Below, piece after piece: positions 51,687 through 63,117 of a stretch of DNA of 64,000 bases; the stretch's first letter is position 1, and each line of letters opens with the position of its first letter. The translations under genes and the position numbers were made by a program. Below the pieces are notes generated by a model. The model ran no database searches, was not told the origin of the DNA, and saw only the letters and a list, made by a program, of their open reading frames with translations. The stretch comes from Setoptus koraiensis (taxonomy: Eukaryota > Animalia > Arthropoda). The DNA lies in NCBI GenBank assembly GCA_048013815.1, contig CM106585.1, positions 1,860,001-1,924,000 on the forward strand. Reading direction: 5' to 3'.

Positions 51687-53105
51687 GCGTGCAACTCGTC
51701 CACAGTGCGCTGTCACTTGTTAGCAAACTTTTGTTGTTATGTAACGGCCATACACACATATATTTACAAGTGGGGGCGTATGTATGTATATCTAACGGTA
51801 GTTGTTTGGCGCAATAAATAGTCACATAAAAAAGTTACAACGGCGCTAGCTGATGTTAATTGAATGTGAGCAAGCAAAAAGAATTGATTCTTAGCTGCCA
51901 GCGGGCTCCATCTTTTACAACTCAGCAGCTATTACTCATTAGTGTAGGCGGCCATTAAGTGTGGTCAGTACTCTCGGCACGTACACGTTGCGCGCTTGGC
52001 AAGCGAAAAGTTGAAATTGGCCACTTGGGGGCCACACAAACAGCCAACACAATGTCGGTGTTGGCGTCGGTATTGACACCAATACGTCACAGTTGTTGTC
52101 GCCGTTGTTGTTGTTGTTCTAGTCGAATGAGTTGATGCATCGCAAATTCAATGTCACCATCACTCGCGAAATGAGTGAAAAGGCCAGCAATTGGATGGCT
52201 ATGTTTACACACACCGAGCAGTGCGATATTGGCGTTTTCAAATACATACTGACTCGTCACATACATGCGTAATGTTTCATGATAAATGGGCAAAATGACA
52301 GCCATTATCACTCGCCATTCTGCACTCGCCGTTTGGTGTGCCAGTCGACTAGTCTATCACATCATGGCGGCAGTATCATCGCGGCGGTATCATCGCGGCG
52401 GTATCATCGCGGCGGTATCGTCACGCTGGTTCCATCTCGGTGCACGGGGACGATTCAGATAATCATGGCGACATTAACATATGATCATGTGACAAAATAC
52501 CAAATGATGCCAAAGATTCAGTCGGTTAGATTAATTTTTTTGTTTGTTTTTGTTCTTGTTGTGGCGAGAATTGGTGCGTCAATGAAGAGTCTGTTGGAAT
52601 CGTTCGGAACGAGTCAATTGCGGCAACTTTTACAAGGTTATGTCAAATGGTGAAAAATGTATCGACGCGTCTGTTGCATGCGACACACAATGCACAATGG
52701 GGTCACCATTGCCTGTCATCGTCTATTCTAAATATATCCTCGCCACCACTGGCGAGCCCAAGCTGACGGAAAATACTCTCAGATGAAGCTGACAGATGAA
52801 GCTGACGACGAGCCCATTGTTGCGACAACGACGAGCCGATTGTTGCGACAGCAACGCGGTGAGGCGCTCACGTTATTGTTTTGGCAGCATTGATCAATAT
52901 TGAAAAGTGAGCTTTAAACTGCTGAAACAAACAACAAAATTGTGCAACAACAAATCCCTTGACAGTGTTACACAAAAGCATACAGGTGTGCTGGCATGTG
53001 AGAGATATTGTGACAGATCTGACTGATTGTGACTGACATGACACTATATAAGCAGCCACTCAAACGATTCCATCAATTGAGCTAGTGATACAACCAACAC
53101 ACATA

Positions 53106-56100
53106 ATGAGGTGCCTACTAAAATTTGCCAGCGCGCCGGAAATTGAGCCTCTAATGTCCATACAGCGTTTGGTGGGCGCCACTCACGACAACATTAATAC
53201 CGGCTACCATTCGAGTGAACGCGTCAGAGAGTTGCACGCGAGCCACATGCATTCGGATAATCAAGTGGCGGCCCCATCGTCGGCCACTTGTGCGGCTGAC
53301 ATGAGCGCCGCATCAATGAGCGAATCGCCAAATCGCGCCAACGACACCAGCAACGACACCAGCAATGCCGACAGGGCTCGAGAAACGGAGCCAGATTGTC
53401 AAAAGTCGGCACAAGCTCGAGGCAAATCGCCAGTTGCGCCAGCAGCAGACGAGACGAGCAAAGACAAAGACAAAGACAAAGACAAAGACCACGTTGCGAC
53501 CACAAAATCATACGATCGTGAGCCGTTGAGCGATGACGCAAGCAGCCAGCTAGAGCAGGCCGGCCATCAGCTCGATCTGTCGGACACTTCACCTGTTGGC
53601 CACCGCGACGACATGTACGACGTTGAAAGGTGCAACGCGAGACTGTATTTAGAGTCATTCACTGCCAATTTAAGCTCTCAAATGTCCACAAATTGCGAGG
53701 AGGCTTTCATGGACGAATTCAGCATACCAATTAAGTCGCACGATTACAACAATCACGTCACCAGCAGCTCAAATCACAGCTTCACAAGCGCAGACAGAGT
53801 TGATTTGATAGAGACCAGTGACAGTGATCAGTATCAGCACGAGTACCAGCGCGAGCATCAACAGCAACAACAACAAGCGGACAAGAACAATAATAGCTAT
53901 CTGTTGATAGATGGCGACGACGACATCGACGGAGTCATAACCAATCAAGACAGACTAATTAGCGCCGCGGCCGCGCCTTCCAGTCCGGCCATCGACGCCG
54001 ACCCGACTGGCGCCCACGCCGGGCTCATGATGGGCGGCTACACGTCGGGCGGCCGCTCGACGGCAGAGCCCGCCGCAACGGCGCTGGCGGCAGCAGCAGC
54101 AGCGGCCACAAATCATAGCAATTTGCTATCGACTTCCGGTCAAGTTTTGCTGGGCTCCTTCGGCCAGCAGCAGCATCATCATCATCTGTTTCATAATCAG
54201 TGTCAGCAGCAGCAGCAAACGATTCATCACCAGCAAATGGGTCGCACCATCTACTACCAGCCCATGCTGCAGCAGCAACAGCAGCAGCAGCAACAATTGT
54301 ATAACTGTCGCGGCAGCGATCCGTTGGCAAACGTTGCGCGTGCCGCATCGTTTGCCGGCTGCAACGAATTCTTAGACATCAACAACAACAACATCATCGG
54401 CAGCGCCAACAACAACAGCAGCAACACCGACAACAACAACGACAACAACAACGACTTCAACGACAACAGCGGCAGCAACAACAACGACAACAACGACAAC
54501 AACTTCATCGACGGCGACAAAGACATGGGCATTGTTGCTCAGTATCACATCGAAAATCAAGTCACTTCCGACGATTTGGCCAGCGACCGGTTGGCGCGCC
54601 AGGCGCAGTGTCGCCTTGAGCAGGGCAGCGGATGCAGCCGATGCTCGTCGCCCATTCGGGCCCCGTTGTGTGTGTATCAAGAGCAAAGCGATTTGGCGCA
54701 AAGTCATCACAGTGACACCAACAACAACAACAACAACAACAGCAACAATGAAAACGACAATGACAACGATGGCCCCAAACAACAGGCGTCACCGCAAGAC
54801 CAATCAGCGTTGTCAGTGACCAATCAGCAGCAGCAGCAGCAATATCTCGACAATGTCGACCAATACAACAGCCAACACGGGCAAGCGGCCCGTTTAGTGC
54901 CGGCGCGAATATTCGCAGTTGCGGCAGCGGCAGCAGCAGCATCGGCCGCCGAGCTGCCCCAACAACAGTCGCCATTTCACATGGACCTGTCAGGCCATGG
55001 CTGTGTGACGCAACATCACCATCAGCACCAATTATTGGCGCTCGAGCCCAACGGAACAAGCCAAGTCAACAAAGATTATTTTGCTCTCGGTGATTCGGTG
55101 CAGCATTCGAACGGTCAGCAGATGGACAGGTATGCGTCGTATGCAAATGGGGCGTTCATTGGGTCGCAGCAGCAACTGGCCGCCGCCACCAACAGTCACA
55201 ACAACCATGCACAGGCAGATATGACGCTGGGCCAAACAGGTAGACAGGTGATGCTGCTAGATGGTAACAGCACGGCGAACAGCATGGTAAATGGCGAGCA
55301 CGTGCATGCGGCCGGATGCCCGCAAAAAGAGCAAACAAAAAGAAATCACGAGCAGACGAGCGAGGCCGAAATGAACAAGCGACGCATATCGAGCTACGAG
55401 AGTCACACGCGCGCCGAGCTGTCAAATTTTTACCTGAGCCAACTAATAACGGAGCGAACGTGTCCAGAGCAGCAGCCACAACCGCAAGACCACTTGCTGT
55501 ATAATTATGGCCAAGACAACAATCAAACCAGCGACCAATCGATACAGTATTACAGCAGCAGTAGCAACAGCAACAGAGACGACAATTACAATTTCCAATT
55601 GGGCGACCACGCAACCAGAAACTGTTCGGTGAGGCCAGTGTACAGATCGCTGACAGATCAACGCGCCGGCCAGCAACAAGAGCAGCAACTAGACGAATGG
55701 GGCCCGCACGAGCAAGAGGAAAAAGAAGGAGAGAACAGTCAATACTCGTTGACGCAATTAACGTGTGCCAATTTGAGCGGCGGCGGACAGCGTTACACTA
55801 ATCAGATTAGCGGTCAGTTGATGCAGTGCAACAATGCAACCATGCAGCAGCAGCAACAGAGCAACAACAACATCAATCAGTCAGTTCAATGTTTTGAATT
55901 TATACCACTGAGCGGCGATTGTCACGACACTTCGTCGTCGTCGTTGCACCTCGAGGCTCTGGCCAACTATTGCTCTGGCGATATCAATCATCATCACATG
56001 ACCGCCGTGGAATATCGGCCCGCCGCAATGGACACCGCCGACATGGCGGTCAGTGTTAACGGCCAAGGCATTGCGTCACATTTAAACGCTCGGTCATCCG

Positions 56101-57437
56101 CTTCTCACGGCCATCACAATCAACAGAAACATCAGCAGCAGCAACAACAACAACAACAACAACAACAATGGTGCTGCTACAATTCGTTTAACGGCACTAA
56201 TTGCATGCACATGTCAGCAGCGGCCTTTAATCACTGTCATCAAACATCCGGCCACAACAACAGCAACAGCAACAACAACGCCAATCACGTGCACGAGCAC
56301 TACGACCATCATCTTATGCAACAGCAACAACAGTACTGCGACATTAGCAACAACACTGTTGAACAGCAACAGCAGCACAACAACGGCGACCAATTCAACA
56401 ATATTAATGCCAATTCGTCCAATGCCATTGAGCAGCAACGCGACGACATTATTGAGCTGCCAGTGGCAGTGATACAAAAGGAATCGCGACAACAACAAAA
56501 CAACAACAGCCTCAAAAACAACAAATATCTCACTGTTTCCAGTGGCAGCTCCATGGCAGTTAGACAAAAATTGCGCTCTGTCATATTGATGAGAATGGCC
56601 GACAAGAAACGCTTGTCAATGTCGGATATTGGCAACAATATTGATTTAACTCGTCCCGTTGCCGCTGCAACAACCGTTAGCGGGCAAGCCGAGCTAAAGT
56701 CAAGCAAACAACAACAATATCGCCAGACTGACCAGACCAGGCCAACGACACCGACTTCATCAGTGCATCACAACACGACGCCGCAGCAAGACAAGCAAGC
56801 CAGCAAAACGAACGCAACAACAACAACAACAACAACGACAGCCAAACATCATCGGCAGACATTATCAGCAAATAAATCGACGCCGGCGCCAAGACAGCGC
56901 CGAGACAGACGAGACTCGAAGCGACGGCGAACATCGGAAACATCGGCGGCCAATTGTTCCGAGGGCGAGGACGTTGCAGCGTGCAGTGAACAAACAAAAG
57001 ACATTGGCACAATTGCGAGAGCAACCAGAAAAGATTTGAATATCTCGTCGCCAGAGTGTGCGCCCGTCGACAGTGTTCGCTCAACGAGACAATCCGCGAG
57101 CAAACAGCAACAGCAACAACAACAGCAAACTTCTCTGAGACGCCACTCGGCCTCGAACGAGGCCGACGATGATGCAATGGACACCAACAAAATAAGACAA
57201 CAACAGCAACAACAACAGCAACATTTCAGACAAACACGAGCCACAAACAGGGCGCAGCAACAGCAACAACTACTGAGACAATCTTGCACTTTTGAGCAAA
57301 CTGACCGCTCGCACGATTGCAGGGGCCCCTCTAATGAGACGAATCAGATTAGCGGCGGCGGTGGCGGCGCCGCCAGTTGTGCAAATAGTGGCACCAGAAG
57401 AACAACGCGAACGCGTGCAGCAGAACGGGTCATCTAA
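53106..57437 (+). CDS. Large Q/N/H-rich intrinsically disordered protein (~1440 aa), nested in the nephrin-like intron; probable nuclear co-regulator
   Basis: Uninterrupted frame of more than 4.3 kb with non-repetitive islands, NLS-like KRRRTS and RQRRDRRDSKRRR, and a QKLRSVIL helix. AATAAA lies 43 nt after the stop. The 5' end is uncertain (first ATG 53106; acceptor-like AGs at 53085, 53131 and 53165). Confidence 0.75.
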   Translation: MRCLLKFASAPEIEPLMSIQRLVGATHDNINTGYHSSERVRELHASHMHSDNQVAAPSSATCAADMSAASMSESPNRANDTSNDTSNADRARETEPDCQKSAQARGKSPVAPAADETSKDKDKDKDKDHVATTKSYDREPLSDDASSQLEQAGHQLDLSDTSPVGHRDDMYDVERCNARLYLESFTANLSSQMSTNCEEAFMDEFSIPIKSHDYNNHVTSSSNHSFTSADRVDLIETSDSDQYQHEYQREHQQQQQQADKNNNSYLLIDGDDDIDGVITNQDRLISAAAAPSSPAIDADPTGAHAGLMMGGYTSGGRSTAEPAATALAAAAAAATNHSNLLSTSGQVLLGSFGQQQHHHHLFHNQCQQQQQTIHHQQMGRTIYYQPMLQQQQQQQQQLYNCRGSDPLANVARAASFAGCNEFLDINNNNIIGSANNNSSNTDNNNDNNNDFNDNSGSNNNDNNDNNFIDGDKDMGIVAQYHIENQVTSDDLASDRLARQAQCRLEQGSGCSRCSSPIRAPLCVYQEQSDLAQSHHSDTNNNNNNNSNNENDNDNDGPKQQASPQDQSALSVTNQQQQQQYLDNVDQYNSQHGQAARLVPARIFAVAAAAAAASAAELPQQQSPFHMDLSGHGCVTQHHHQHQLLALEPNGTSQVNKDYFALGDSVQHSNGQQMDRYASYANGAFIGSQQQLAAATNSHNNHAQADMTLGQTGRQVMLLDGNSTANSMVNGEHVHAAGCPQKEQTKRNHEQTSEAEMNKRRISSYESHTRAELSNFYLSQLITERTCPEQQPQPQDHLLYNYGQDNNQTSDQSIQYYSSSSNSNRDDNYNFQLGDHATRNCSVRPVYRSLTDQRAGQQQEQQLDEWGPHEQEEKEGENSQYSLTQLTCANLSGGGQRYTNQISGQLMQCNNATMQQQQQSNNNINQSVQCFEFIPLSGDCHDTSSSSLHLEALANYCSGDINHHHMTAVEYRPAAMDTADMAVSVNGQGIASHLNARSSASHGHHNQQKHQQQQQQQQQQQQWCCYNSFNGTNCMHMSAAAFNHCHQTSGHNNSNSNNNANHVHEHYDHHLMQQQQQYCDISNNTVEQQQQHNNGDQFNNINANSSNAIEQQRDDIIELPVAVIQKESRQQQNNNSLKNNKYLTVSSGSSMAVRQKLRSVILMRMADKKRLSMSDIGNNIDLTRPVAAATTVSGQAELKSSKQQQYRQTDQTRPTTPTSSVHHNTTPQQDKQASKTNATTTTTTTTAKHHRQTLSANKSTPAPRQRRDRRDSKRRRTSETSAANCSEGEDVAACSEQTKDIGTIARATRKDLNISSPECAPVDSVRSTRQSASKQQQQQQQQTSLRRHSASNEADDDAMDTNKIRQQQQQQQQHFRQTRATNRAQQQQQLLRQSCTFEQTDRSHDCRGPSNETNQISGGGGGAASCANSGTRRTTRTRAAERVI

Positions 57438-57479
57438 TTAACTAGATGGCACGTACTCTGCACTCTTTCATTAGTTGTG

Positions 57480-57485
57480 AATAAA
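57480..57485 (+). terminator. AATAAA polyadenylation signal after the 1450-codon ORF
   Basis: Canonical hexamer 43 nt downstream of TAA at 57437. Confidence 0.5.
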
Positions 57486-59786
57486 GAGATTGTTTCATTG
57501 AGATAGTTGACAGATCACAGACGAGCCGGGCCAGAGCTGCATCACCTGAGCCCAATCTGGCGCCCACATCACACCCGATCGCTGGCCAGAAACAGGTAGA
57601 GGGCGCAGATTGTCGTTGCGCCACACCGGTATGTGTGTTTGCCGCCAACACCGGTATGTGTGTTTTGCCGCTAACACCGGTATGTGAGGCCCGGTCGGGC
57701 CTCAAATACCGCCCGGGTCATGGGCACCATCGGTAATAATGCGTTTGCTGTAAATAAGAGTGAACTCTAATTAGCTCGCCCTTGGTCTCTTGGTGTCGCT
57801 GTCGGCGTCGGTCTTGGTCTTGGTGTCGGAGTTGGTGTCGGTGTTGGTGTTGGTGCTGGTCTCAGTGTCGGTGTCGGTGTGGGTAGCATCAAGCATATGT
57901 CTATGAGATGGCAATATCAACAACGGCGAGCGAGCAAATAAGCTAATAAGCGATAAGAACACGACATCTAGAATGGATCCAAATGGGACAACGAGCAGCA
58001 GCCAGTTGGCACAAAACAAGTTGGCACAAAACAACCGACTCGCCAACTGGAAATCGGCATTGGTCTTATTTGCAAGTTTGTTCGCAAGAAACGCCAGCCG
58101 ACAGGCGCAAATAATCTTGGCAAGACATTATTGGCTAGCTGGCGCAGTTTGGGCTCGCAAGGGAGCCAGCGACAGAAGGCAGCATCGAAACTGAAACCAA
58201 TGAACCATAAAACGTCCACTGTCGTCCATATGTCGTTTCTTTATGGGACCCCGTCACATGTTTATGGGCCCATCCGTGCCGCTGTTATTACGCAATGGCG
58301 CACCAGCGCCAGACAACTACAACTACAACTGCACCAGCAACTACAACTGCAACTGCAGCTACAAACACGACGAGCATGTATATAAATAGATAAACAGATC
58401 CAACAAAACCAATGTCCAGCGCTGGTCTGGTTGTGTCAAGTGAGCAATGATTACATTAACTAGCCGGCTCGCTAGCTGGCTGGTTCGCGCGCTCCCATCT
58501 GGACCAACTAGACCGTTCTCGTCGGTCTCGCCGGCCTCGTCGGTCTCGCCGGCCTCGTCGGCCTCGCTGGCGTCGGCGGTCGAGATGGTCGTGATTAGAT
58601 AACTGTTTGTCGCGGAGCTGATAGTATCACAATTAGTTTCGTGATTGCGTGTGTGTGTGTGTGTGTGTGTTGATGCGGCCAACGGGGGCAACACACAAAA
58701 AACAAACTTTATTATGTACTGTCAATATCTGGCTATCCGCTATATATTCGGGGCCCCATGGCCCAATTTAATAACTGCTGTTATTGTGCTTGTTTTCTTC
58801 TTATCTTGGCTCGTTATCCAATTTCTGGTGCAATGCCAATCTTGCACTGTCAATTGTGTAATAACTTATACAAGACTTTGCGAGCGCTAATAAGACGATC
58901 GGCGATCCTTGCGCGCATAGTGTCAAACCTTTGGCCCAATTACACCCACATGTGAATATTGTGTGGCCAATTGTGGCCGAATATCCACACATCCACGGGG
59001 CCCCCGCAAACCAGAACCCTTTGGCGACTCGTGTGTCCACATACGAGCGCCGGTGCATCGACGGGTCACATCCATTGTGATTGTCGATTTGTGACACTCG
59101 CAAATTGTGGCCCGTCCAACGAACGGCGAAACGTGAAACTATCTCTGTACTGTGTACGCACACAAATATAAAGTCTCACGACGAAAATAACGGTCGCGTT
59201 CATTTGCACAACTAACTTTGGCTATTCAAATAGCCAGCCAGCCAGCCAGCTATTTGAATGAATGGCATTATATTGTTGCTGTTATTATCGTTGCGTAATC
59301 ACAATGCTCGCATTGCTGCAACTGCTGTCACACTGCTATTAACTGTAAATATAACTGTAAATAGTAATAATAGCGACACAATTAGTGTTGCCTAGCTTGC
59401 CCGCTAGTGTGCGCAGTGTGCAGACGGACCTTAGTTACTAAGGTTTAGTAGTGCCCTGAGGACGGGGCATTGATCTGATTGGGCCCTGATTGAGAATTCT
59501 TGAATTGAGACACGCTTTGCAATTTGTTGTTGGTCGGCAATGGCGCGCTCTGCGTGTCACATGTCGTTGCTTGCGACGACGCGATACTTGTGGGGCCTCC
59601 ATTGTCACTGGCCTCTGGCTATAAAGCGATTTGGGGCCCATTCTCTCTTTATTCTCTGGTGGGCCCCATTCTTCTTTTGGCCTGCAGCCGGCAGCCTACA
59701 GCCTACAGCCAAAGAGCCAGCGAGCCCCCTCAACACGCCACAACCGGTTGCTCTGGCCAAGTACCCTAAACGCCAGTCGGGACGAT

Positions 59787-59896
59787 TATCCACCATAGAC
59801 TCGAATATCCACCACCGACTCGAATATCCACCATAGACTCGAATATCCGCCATAGACTCAACTATCCACCGTAGACTCGAATATCCGCCACCGACT
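59787..59896. repeat. Tandem repeat, 19-bp unit TATCCACCATAGACTCGAA, ~6 copies
   Basis: Read directly. Confidence 0.9.
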
Positions 59897-61262
59897 GTCC
59901 GCAATCGAACGAGCGACCCTGGCGAGCGCGACGACAAACAGGCAGGCGCCAATTCATTCGGTTCGTTTGTCGCCGTTGGTCAGGCCGCTAACAATCGAGA
60001 CAGCGACAATTGTTTATTCTAATCTGGTGCGCACGCTTCTAATTGAACCAGCCAAACACAATTTATTGGCGGATAAATGCATTGGCCGATAAGTAGTATT
60101 TTGAGGCCGGCACTGTGTCACTTTGGCACTGTGACAACCGCTCACACTCTCGACTGGCCCCATCGCCGGCCACAACTGCAACCTCCAGTCTGGACTCCAG
60201 ACTCTGGAGGCGACAAACGACATGCGCACGAAATTATGTTAATGAAGGCTCCTCATTCTCGTCGCTTGCATCATCGTCGTTGTCGTCGTCGTCGTCGTCG
60301 TCGTCGCACAATTCAATTCGCCGCTGATTTGATGTGTGTATGTATTGTCGGCACTGATGGGCAAGTAATGCAAACGCCAGCAACAAACAAATCGACGAGC
60401 GCCCAATCCAATTAATTCTTTTCTACAATTCGACAATTGGCAGTCATTACATAACACGAGTTGGCAGCACTGCCAAATGTTTGTGCAATTTATAAATAAC
60501 AGCAGCCAGCCTGTAATAATAACTAGACGTCGACAATTGGCTTGTGTGTGTGTGTGTGAGTGCGTCTAGACGGGAACTTCCTTTTAGGCGAATATCCGCT
60601 TGGTAGAACCCGGTAGCGCCGTCTGTCATGATGTGACACAATTACTTGTGTGCCTAAACAAACGACAACAAGCGTGCGCTGATTGGGTGTTTCGGTAGCA
60701 CTAATCAGTTTTGCCGGTAATATCATTTAGCGGAGATTATTTATTTTGCTGACTGCCAGCCAGCAATGGTGATTTGTGAATTGGCACAGCCTGAGAGTCA
60801 TTGCTGACAATGTCAGTGTGAGCCCACTTGAGTATTCAAGTGAAATTGTCACCTTTTCCGCTCTGGCTTGCACCGAAAATTGGCGACACTTTTCGAGGAA
60901 AACACTCGCAACAGCCACGCTGACACCTGTCTGACTGATCACTAAACTGGCTGCACATAATCAGCAGGCTAACATGATACAAAAAAGCAAATTGTTTGGG
61001 CCCCAACGCGAGCCAACCAATCAACTGTATAATGAACGGGTGCTCAAGCGAGCAGCAGCCGTCGCAAAACGATTAACGCAACGATTGTTTGTGTGAAATG
61101 TCAGCAAATCGACGGGCCAGAGTTGACACGAGCAAGTCATGTCCAATGTCGACGCGGAGCAACCTTCAGATTCAATCTGACAGATTGAATACGTTTGAAT
61201 CGCTGCCGAGACGAGCGGCATTTTGCTTCGATTGGCCTCGTTGTCGTCCAATCGAAGCAACG

Positions 61263-61340
61263 TTCTGTCCGAGCCTCTGTGACAGAGGCGACGCTCCGAT
61301 CGGACGCGAGCATCGCCTCTGTCACAGAGGCTCGGCAGAG
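61263..61340. repeat. Inverted repeat/hairpin with perfect 23-bp arms (61269-61291 and 61313-61335)
   Basis: CCGAGCCTCTGTGACAGAGGCGA and its exact reverse complement TCGCCTCTGTCACAGAGGCTCGG, separated by 21 nt. Confidence 0.95.
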
Positions 61341-61840
61341 AATTTGTGGCTATTGTTGGCCGGCAATCGGTTGTATCATAGATCGCATAGAGGGCGAGTT
61401 TGATTGGAACAATGTGACTGCTAACGACCAAGTTATACGACAACGACTAATGGGCCGGAAAGATGCCTCAAAGGCCGGCTAAAAATAGCACTGAATCGAG
61501 GTGACCAATTCAAAGTTTGAGCGAACCCTTTCGACAGAATCCATTTCTCTTGCAACTCGCAATTTGTGGCCGCCGCACAAATGAGCCACTCGCAAAGGCG
61601 AGAGGCCTCGTGACGCAACCAGAGATATCGTGATCGACTCGGCATTCTTCTGTGTCTGGCCAGCTACTAAATCTAAAATCTAAAATCTCTCGTCTCATTT
61701 TTCCCCCCAACCGCAACAACCGTTCGCAACATTGAACATTCATTCATGAATTCGGACAACACTGCAACGACATCGGAACAACATTTGAACAACGTTGAAC
61801 GGCATTCGAACGGCTCCTCCGGTTTAAACCCTTTAAATAG

Positions 61841-62131
61841 GCCAAATAATCAGCCTGCCAAGTTTTGCCCATAGGAGCCCTGTCGGCGGCCAGCCGAAAC
61901 TGTGGTCCACGGTGAGGCGACTAGATAATGCCATTTTGCACACACTTATAATAGACAGGGCCAGCGTTGAGGACGAGGCCCACTACGAGTGCCTACAGAA
62001 TGTTTCCCAGCAACAGCAAGCTTCTTCTCAGCAGTTCGAGAGGCCCCAGCATCATCGTCAATCGGCCGGCTCGCTGGCCGCTAATAATCCGTTCCACACG
62101 CAAAAGGCCTCCATTCAGTTGCTGGTGATAG
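61841..62131 (+). CDS. Nephrin-like gene, exon 2 (second half of Ig1)
   Basis: Acceptor CTTTAAATAG at 61840 is phase-1 compatible, giving WTKN-G-QIISLP. HTLIIDRASVEDEAHYEC is the Ig E/F-strand DxAxYxC motif, followed by IQLLVI. Donor G|GTGAGT at 62132. Confidence 0.82.
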
Positions 62132-62685
62132 GTGAGTATGCAATGCAAATTCAAGTGCAAATAATGTCAGCGCCGCACAACTTTATCAATCATCGCTGGC
62201 AATATCAATTTGAGTTTTGTGAACTCACTTATATTTATGTTTATACGTATATTATTCATGGCCGGGCCTCAACTAAACTGCCACCACTTGCCACTAAAAC
62301 TGGGGCACTGGGGCCAGTTACTGCGAGCGCCGGCTCTATTATTTTACTGAGTTTTGAGTTTTATTTTTCGTCGCAAAACGATGACAGTCACGAAATGATA
62401 AAGACAAAGATAGCGCCTCAAGAGTGTCATGCAATGTGTATAGATAAACAGCAGCACTCACCACGACGCACTGTCATGCATAGTCGATAGATGCTCGGCC
62501 ATGATATTAAAACACGGAGGCGCTTGCCAGACAAGACCCGGCGAGCCGCTTGAGATGCTCGCGTTGGCCCATTTTGCCCATTTTGCGATGCCCAGATGAT
62601 CCTCGATGATCTAGACGGGCGATTCGGGCGATTCCGGCGATGATGACGTGACGTGACGCGCAGCAACTGTGCCGCTCGCGATGGC

Positions 62686-62741
62686 TCGCAAAGTGTGCGG
62701 ATCGCCCTTGAGGCCTCAAGGGCGATCCGCACACTTTGCGA
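62686..62741. repeat. Perfect 56-bp palindrome with no spacer
   Basis: TCGCAAAGTGTGCGGATCGCCCTTGAGG|CCTCAAGGGCGATCCGCACACTTTGCGA. Confidence 0.97.
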
Positions 62742-63117
62742 CCATTTTGCACCACGAGAGATCACACACTTTGCGCCGCGAGAGATCTCGCACTTTGCAC
62801 TTTCGCGCACCATGAGAGTTCGCGCACTACGAGAGGCCCCAACTCTGAGGGGCCCCGCGCACGCTCGCGTGACACGAGCGACAACAATTGGGCGCGTAAC
62901 GGATCGGCGAGCGGCGCTCTGGCGAGCAAATTTAAACCGCCGACTCAAGTGACGCGGATATTGCCAACGTCACTTGATACTGACCGATTGTTTGTGTTGA
63001 TTCATCATCTAATGACTCAATCTGTTTGCTCTTTGTATATTTTTTGCGCATTCCGTTTACCTGCCGCCGCTGCTGCTGCTATGACTGGCATAACTACAAA
63101 TACATATCTATATATAG

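Noticed and set aside
58801-59163. 120-aa minus ORF in the nephrin-like intron
   Set aside because: No ATG at the track start, no recognisable motif, and within chance length for GC-rich DNA.
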